Positions 58,940-64,000 of a stretch of 64,000 nucleotides of DNA are shown here, piece by piece. Location of the stretch: the NCBI GenBank assembly GCA_037443185.1, contig JBBIOV010000003.1, positions 5,458 through 69,457 of the forward strand. Direction: 5' to 3'. The DNA comes from a bacterium. GTDB taxonomy: Bacteria; Patescibacteriota; Minisyncoccia; 2-01-FULL-47-10; JBBIMT01. The position numbers and the translations under genes were made by a program. Under the pieces are notes generated by a model. It did not search any database, had not been told where the DNA came from, and saw only the letters and a list, made by a program, of their open reading frames with translations. Numbering within the stretch: position 1 is the first letter of the stretch; the number at the start of each line of letters is the position of its first letter.

Positions 58940-60289
58940 TTATTTAAAACTATCACCAATCCGCTTTTTTAAAGGATTAATTAGAAATTTCTTTAAATCG
59001 CGTCTTCCTATTAAAACAGGATATTTTTGGTCTGAACGGTCAATAATGGAAGCGTAAGAATCTATCCTTTCTCCGGCTAAAATAAAAGAAATTGGGAAAA
59101 AAGCCCTCTCTTGTTCCCCTAAAGCAGAACTTACTTTTTTTATTTTTACCAGTTCAGCTTCATTTAATATAGCGTCTGTGATTTTTAATTTTTTTGCAAG
59201 ACGTTCGTCAATAGAAGTAGAGTAGGCACCGGTATCTATTTTAGCTCTTGTTAAATATTCTTTATTGTCTGGTGTGATAATTTTAATTGTTTCAAAAACC
59301 CCAATTATTTTTTGTCCCGACACTTCTTCTAAAATTTCCCAAATTTCACCGCCAAAAAGATTTTGTCCAATTGCCACGCCTTTGGCAATAGAATCAATTT
59401 CCAATTCCTCTAATCTTTTTAATCTATCCTTTAAACCTGCAAGATTGGCAAGTTGAATTGAAAGTCCGGGTCGAGCATTGATTTCTAAAACCTTTGGGCC
59501 CTGTTCTTTATCAATTACTATATCAATTCCCGCAAAACCAAGTCCTATTGCCCTTTGGGCTTTTACAGCCAGTGTTAAAATATCTTGCCAATAAGGAATT
59601 CTAATTCCAGATAAAATTAACCTTTTCCCTGGTAAAAATTTAATAAACTTTTTTTTACCATAAATAGCAGTTGTGGTCACTCCGTTAGCTAAATCAATGC
59701 CCACTCCTACCGCGCCCAAAGCCAAATTGGCTTTACCCTCTGATTCTTTGGTAGGCAGTCTTAACATTGTCATTACTGGAACTGAATTGAATACAATCAC
59801 TCTTATGTCGGGAATACCGCGGAAACTATATAGTTTTAAAAAATGGTGTATTTTAACTCGCTCTTCAATCAAAACAACATCAGGACTATTTCCTAATGAA
59901 AAGTTTCCTTCTAGGATATTAAAACAATGTTCTTTAAGTAAGTTCTCATAAACTAATTTGCCATCGGCTTTAATCCAAGCATTTTGAGGTATATTTTTTT
60001 TTCCAAACAAAATAAGTACTCCCGCTCCCGCCCAGCCGCGGTTTGGTTTAATAACAAAGCTTTTAGGAAGAGAGTTCCAGTTAAAATTACCCAATTCATT
60101 AATTGATTTAATAGTAGCAAAAGTTTTAGCTGTTGGAATTTTGTTTTCTTCTAAAACTTTTTTTGTCAAGATTTTGTTATCGGCTATTTGTTTGGCGCGT
60201 TTTGAGTTAAAAGGATAAATATAATGCAAATTGCGAGCGTTCATTCCAAGAACTTTTTGACTTTTTTTTAAAAATCTTAATAATTTCAT
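58940..60289 (-). CDS. RimK-like ATP-grasp amidoligase fused to a C-terminal retropepsin-like aspartyl protease (DUF785/COG4067 type)
   Basis: The N-terminus GMNARNLHYIYPFNSKRAKQIADNKILTK...FVIKPNRGWAGAGVLIL.. is the alpha-L-glutamate-ligase-related ATP-grasp pattern. The C-terminal ~130 aa contain TRAKIDTGAYSTSIDERLAKKL...YPVLIGRRDL with a DTGA catalytic motif. Confidence 0.6.
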   Translation of the reverse strand: MKLLRFLKKSQKVLGMNARNLHYIYPFNSKRAKQIADNKILTKKVLEENKIPTAKTFATIKSINELGNFNWNSLPKSFVIKPNRGWAGAGVLILFGKKNIPQNAWIKADGKLVYENLLKEHCFNILEGNFSLGNSPDVVLIEERVKIHHFLKLYSFRGIPDIRVIVFNSVPVMTMLRLPTKESEGKANLALGAVGVGIDLANGVTTTAIYGKKKFIKFLPGKRLILSGIRIPYWQDILTLAVKAQRAIGLGFAGIDIVIDKEQGPKVLEINARPGLSIQLANLAGLKDRLKRLEELEIDSIAKGVAIGQNLFGGEIWEILEEVSGQKIIGVFETIKIITPDNKEYLTRAKIDTGAYSTSIDERLAKKLKITDAILNEAELVKIKKVSSALGEQERAFFPISFILAGERIDSYASIIDRSDQKYPVLIGRRDLKKFLINPLKKRIGDSFK

Positions 60290-60336
60290 TGTATTTTTTA
60301 TTTACTGAATCTTAGATTTTTTTTATAAAATAATAT

Positions 60337-60975
60337 TCATTTATTAATAATTTGGAAAAATCTAATATATTCTAAAATCCTTAAACCTGACCATTTACCC
60401 AGCAACAAAGTTAAAAGCAAAGAGATAATTATTACCGCCGGGTAGTTTGTCATTATGAATTCTTGGAAAAACTGCCAAGAAATTAGGAAAAATCCCGTTA
60501 ACGATATCAATAAAGTTTCGGCAGTTAATATTACAGATGTCTTTAAATCTTGCTCTATTTGAACAGCAGCTAATTTTTCAGCAAATACCACAATTGATAA
60601 CATTGCCAAAATTGAAGATTTAAAGTTAAAAGAAAAAAATAGAGGCGCACTTAAAAAAATTAAAAATAAAGAAGAAATTGCAAGTGATAATATAAAAGCA
60701 ATTCTCGGAAAATAAAGTATTCTTATGTCTTTTAAAAGATAACGAATTAAGGAAGTTATAATCGTTGTCAAAACGATAATATATGTCCCGCTAGCAAACC
60801 CTAATTTTAAAAGCCCAAAAATCATTAAAAGAGGTACGAAAATTCCAAATCCTCTTAATCCAATAATCTGCCTAGAAAAAGTAATGATTAAGATTAAAAC
60901 TGGTGCTGCAAGCAAAATAATTAAATCTTGCTGACTTAAACCTTGATTGATTAAATATTGGAAAATATTATCCAT
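60337..60975 (-). CDS. Seven-TM membrane protein partnered with the ATP-grasp/protease gene
   Basis: 212 aa with seven hydrophobic helices. It is co-directional with the ATP-grasp gene and 47 nt upstream of it. Confidence 0.45.
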   Translation of the reverse strand: MDNIFQYLINQGLSQQDLIILLAAPVLILIITFSRQIIGLRGFGIFVPLLMIFGLLKLGFASGTYIIVLTTIITSLIRYLLKDIRILYFPRIAFILSLAISSLFLIFLSAPLFFSFNFKSSILAMLSIVVFAEKLAAVQIEQDLKTSVILTAETLLISLTGFFLISWQFFQEFIMTNYPAVIIISLLLTLLLGKWSGLRILEYIRFFQIINK

Positions 60976-61031
60976 AGTTTTTCAATTTTCAATTTTTTTA
61001 AATTAAGACTTTATACAAAATTGAAAATTGA

Positions 61032-61511
61032 TTACTGAAAATGCTTATTATTAAATATATGGGCAATCGCTATAGCCAAAGCATCAGCCGCATCGTCTTG
61101 CTTTGGTATCACTTCATTCTTAAAAATTTGTTTTAACATATAATATATTTGTTTTTTATCTGCTTTACCATAGCCGGTTAAAGATTGTTTCACCTGTAAA
61201 GGAGTATAAAAAGATATTTTAATTTTATTTTCGGTTAATATGTATTTTAGTGCTCCAACAATTTCGGAAATATTAAGGGCAGTTTTTTTGTTCTTAAAAA
61301 AGAAAACTTTTTCTAAAGCTGCTTCATTGGGCTTAAACTTTTTAACGATTTCCTGTATTTTTAAACCAACTAAATAAAGTCTCATTTCTGGGGTAAAATC
61401 TTTGGGCGTTTCAATTAATCCTGTTTCGATAATATTAACCAAACGGCTATTTTGCTTAACAATGGCAAAACCGCATCTATCAAATCCCGGATCTATCCCT
61501 AAAATAATCAT
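61032..61511 (-). CDS. ruvC: Crossover junction endodeoxyribonuclease RuvC
   Basis: MIILGIDPGFDRCGFAIV... and ..DAADALAIAIAHI, with the catalytic acidic residues in place. The start is set at MIILGIDPG. Confidence 0.85.
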   Translation of the reverse strand: MIILGIDPGFDRCGFAIVKQNSRLVNIIETGLIETPKDFTPEMRLYLVGLKIQEIVKKFKPNEAALEKVFFFKNKKTALNISEIVGALKYILTENKIKISFYTPLQVKQSLTGYGKADKKQIYYMLKQIFKNEVIPKQDDAADALAIAIAHIFNNKHFQ

Positions 61512-61767
61512 AAAAGATAAAAAATTTGTGGTGTTTTTATTTGTATAAATTCTAGTCAAAAAATATAAAAAGATTTATGATTTATTAATTTTTTAGTCTT
61601 TAATTGAGTATTTTAAATAGTTAGACTGTTAAATAAAAAATCAATTTTTCATAATTTTTTTGACCTTTATCCTTTACTACTTTTTATTTTAAAAATTTCT
61701 TTATTAAGGATTAATAGTAGATAAAACACGCAAGTTGATAACCTAAATTAGCATCACTGATATTTAT

Positions 61768-62493
61768 TTATCGTTCTATATTTGAAAATACTCTTTCAGT
61801 ATCAGGATAATATTTTAATTGATCTTCAAAAGATAGAATATTTTTTTTAATCTCCTCATTAGAGATTTTGATTGGATTTTTAGGTTTCCAAATCAAAGCA
61901 GTTTCTTGAATATGAACTCCTATAGATTTCAGTTCTTTAATTGTTTCATTGAGCATTTGGGCGTCAGTATAAATTTTTATTCCATTTTTTTCTTTTTTAT
62001 AATCTTGAACGCTTAAATCAATCAATTTCAATTCAATTTCATCTTCGCTAACGCCTACGGGGATTTGAGCTCCAATAAAACCAACAAAATCAAACATCCA
62101 TTTTACTGCTCCTGCTTGAGCAAATGATCCGCCCCAGGAGTCAACTAAATGTTTTAATTCACTTGTACTGCGGTTTTTATTATCAGTGGCAACTTCAACT
62201 AAAAAAGCGCTACCGTTTGGTCCATATACTTCATATAAAACTTCTTCTAATTTTCCTTCTTCTCCAATGCCAAGTGCACGATTAATCGCTCTTTCGATTT
62301 TTTCTTTTGGCATATTAGCTTTTTTGGCTTTTTCAATAGCAGCTTCTAAACGATTGTTATTTTCTGGTTTAGGTCCTCCTTCTTTTACGGCAATAGCAAT
62401 TTCTTTACTGATAGCCGAAAAAAGCGCGGATCTTTTTTTATCCTCTATGCTTTTTTTATGTTGAATGTTTGCCCAATGCGAATGACCAGCCAT
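61768..62493 (-). CDS. yebC: YebC/PmpR-family transcriptional regulator
   Basis: MAGHSHWANIQHKKSIEDKKRSALFSAISKEIAIAVKEGGPKPENNNRLEAAIEKAKKANMPKEKIERAI is canonical. It is adjacent to ruvC, as in many bacteria. Confidence 0.85.
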   Translation of the reverse strand: MAGHSHWANIQHKKSIEDKKRSALFSAISKEIAIAVKEGGPKPENNNRLEAAIEKAKKANMPKEKIERAINRALGIGEEGKLEEVLYEVYGPNGSAFLVEVATDNKNRSTSELKHLVDSWGGSFAQAGAVKWMFDFVGFIGAQIPVGVSEDEIELKLIDLSVQDYKKEKNGIKIYTDAQMLNETIKELKSIGVHIQETALIWKPKNPIKISNEEIKKNILSFEDQLKYYPDTERVFSNIER

Positions 62494-62559
62494 ATTTTAG
62501 AATTTTTATTTTTACTTTTTAAGAATTGCAAAAATTTTTTCTTTATTAAATTAAAATTA

Positions 62560-63066
62560 TTAAGTAATTGTTTCTTTTTTTTGAACGCATAGCATTAGAT
62601 CATCCTTTATTTTTCGCGGATTAGGGACTTGTTTGAAGATAAAATAACGGGATATTCCAGCAGTTTGAATTTGCACATCTCCATAGTTAAAAATATTAGC
62701 CAAAAATCCTTTTTTATCAATAGTTACATCTTGAACTTTATCTAACATAAATTCAGAAAATTCACTATTAAAAAAACTGATTTGTTCTATATCAATGATT
62801 CTTTTATTAGTAATAATCCAAACATCTAAATACCAGTTGGTAAAATATATAAAACTAAAAAGAAAATATATTAAAATGAAAAATAAAATTAAAATGAAAA
62901 GAAAAGGAGTAAAATTAGGATTTAAATTAAAATCAAAGGCCAAAAGTGTTATAAAAACAATAGTTATCAAAAAAAAAGCGCAAAATAAAGCCAATTTTAA
63001 AATAAGAGTGATTGGATGGCGACGCGTAAAAACTATAATTTTTTCATCAGTAGGAAGGGATATCAT
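62560..63066 (-). CDS. Membrane protein with a bacterial PH (bPH_2/DUF304) domain
   Basis: Two N-terminal TM helices, then ..YLDVWIITNKRIIDIEQ...VQDVTIDKKGFLANIFNYGDVQIQTAG. Confidence 0.5.
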   Translation of the reverse strand: MISLPTDEKIIVFTRRHPITLILKLALFCAFFLITIVFITLLAFDFNLNPNFTPFLFILILFFILIYFLFSFIYFTNWYLDVWIITNKRIIDIEQISFFNSEFSEFMLDKVQDVTIDKKGFLANIFNYGDVQIQTAGISRYFIFKQVPNPRKIKDDLMLCVQKKETIT

Positions 63067-63280
63067 TGTTAAAATTTAATAAATTGTCCCAGGAAGCAGT
63101 TATTAAAAATATTAAAAAAAGCGACAAAAGAATAGCTGAAATAATGGAAAAAATAATTATAATTTTTTTAATAAAAATTTTATCTTTTTCAAGACCAAAA
63201 TGCAGTAAATGAAAAATAGCAAAAACGGTTAAAAGAATATAAATTATACCAATAGGTACAAAAATGATAAAGCCAATCAT
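63047..63280 (-). CDS. Small two-TM hypothetical membrane protein
   Basis: 77 aa, hydrophobic, overlapping the downstream gene start by 20 nt. Confidence 0.3.
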   Translation of the reverse strand: MIGFIIFVPIGIIYILLTVFAIFHLLHFGLEKDKIFIKKIIIIFSIISAILLSLFLIFLITASWDNLLNFNNDIPSY

Positions 63281-63377
63281 ATTATTTACAAGTTAAAAAG
63301 TAGATAATGTTAATACATTTGGCAAGTTTTGATAATCTGTATAAGTTATTTTGTCTTTTAGCAATTAGCTTTGATTT

Positions 63378-64000
63378 TTAATCGAATTTTAGCTGGCTTT
63401 CAAGACATTTTCTGGTTAAAATTCTTCCGTTTTTAGTTCTTTGCAGAAATCCAATTTTGATTAAGTATGGTTCGTACAAATCTTCAATAGTTCTTTGATC
63501 TTCGCCAAATGCTTTAGCGATAGTTTCAATGCCCACTGGACCGCCGTTAAATTTATCGCGAATCATTTTGATTAACTGTCTATCAGTTTTTTCTAATCCC
63601 CATTTATCCACTCCCATTACCTCAAAAGCTTTCAAAACATCTTCAGTTGTAATTTTTTTTAATTCAGCCAATTGAGCGAAATCTCTAATTCTTTTTAAAA
63701 GCCTCTGAGCTATACGGGGCGTATATCGAGATCTTAAAGCGATTTCCTTTAAGGCATCATCACTTAAAGTTATTTTCAGATAAGCAGCGTATCTTTTCAA
63801 GATTTTAACTATGTCTTTGGGTGGATAAAATTCCAGTTTTAACAAAGCTCCAAACCGAGATCTCAAAGGGTCAGACATTAAACCAATTTTAGTTGTTGCG
63901 CCAATTAGCGTAAAGGGATTTAAAGATATTTTTAAAATCTGCGCTGATGGCCCTTTTCCTATAACAATATCTAATTTAAAATCTTCCATTGCTGGATATA
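63378..64000 (-). CDS. ruvB: Holliday junction DNA helicase RuvB. Only the C-terminal part is in the window; the 5' end runs off the edge.
   Basis: ..LDIVIGKGPSAQILKISLNPFTLIGATTKIGLMSDPLRSRFGALLKLEFY..., ..RYTPRIAQRLLKRIRDFA... and ..GPVGIETIAKAFGEDQRTIEDLYEPYLIKIGFLQRTKNGR.. are canonical RuvB. The frame is open upstream of the listed Met to the window end. Confidence 0.8.
   Translation of the reverse strand, partial: YPAMEDFKLDIVIGKGPSAQILKISLNPFTLIGATTKIGLMSDPLRSRFGALLKLEFYPPKDIVKILKRYAAYLKITLSDDALKEIALRSRYTPRIAQRLLKRIRDFAQLAELKKITTEDVLKAFEVMGVDKWGLEKTDRQLIKMIRDKFNGGPVGIETIAKAFGEDQRTIEDLYEPYLIKIGFLQRTKNGRILTRKCLESQLKFD

Overview
This is a low-GC (~28-30%), gene-dense bacterial window with reduced-genome, Patescibacteria/CPR-like character: short intergenic spacers, many small secreted or membrane hypotheticals, FemAB, LCP, DUF4012 and SIMPL genes. 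The standard genetic code is in use. L35 and the LOG-like gene end at TGA, and most ORFs are long and intact.

Recognisable housekeeping content:
- infC-rpmI-rplT operon, metG, lepA, pth, tsaE, and the smpB-ssrA (tmRNA) pair
- tRNA-Pro(CGG) downstream of dut
- DNA repair/SOS set: uvrB, ruvA, ruvC-yebC, partial ruvB, lexA, xseA-xseB, rmuC, an endonuclease-Q-like PHP nuclease, and a frameshifted N-truncated mfd
- cell-envelope set: two GT4 glycosyltransferases, rfbD, uppS, murJ, a MurE-like ligase, an O-antigen-ligase-like protein, an SLT and an RlpA/LysM lytic transglycosylase

Features beyond the housekeeping set:
- A ~3.5 kb zone (1.0-4.9 kb) of decayed genes: a HlyD adaptor, a MacB-like ABC ATPase/permease, and a DUF5666-like protein. 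Frameshifts are frequent, and TGA replaces Arg CGA codons.
- A 7TM membrane protein next to a RimK-like ATP-grasp fused to a retropepsin-like (DTGA) protease. This is a predicted peptide-ligase system.
- A presenilin/SPP-like intramembrane aspartyl protease (YD, GxGD, PAL motifs) next to a SIMPL protein.
- A ~45-50% GC membrane-anchored coiled-coil/Cys-rich protein gene (53.0-54.6 kb). It sits in an AT-rich non-coding island next to an orphan DUF4258 toxin-like gene. It is likely horizontally acquired and has no recognisable function.
- Other GC-rich islets (12.1-12.6 kb, 44.0-44.6 kb) with strong GC hairpin terminators.
- A PKD-repeat surface protein with ~315-bp intragenic tandem repeats, and a novel 4-repeat secreted protein.

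No CRISPR array or obvious transposase was seen.
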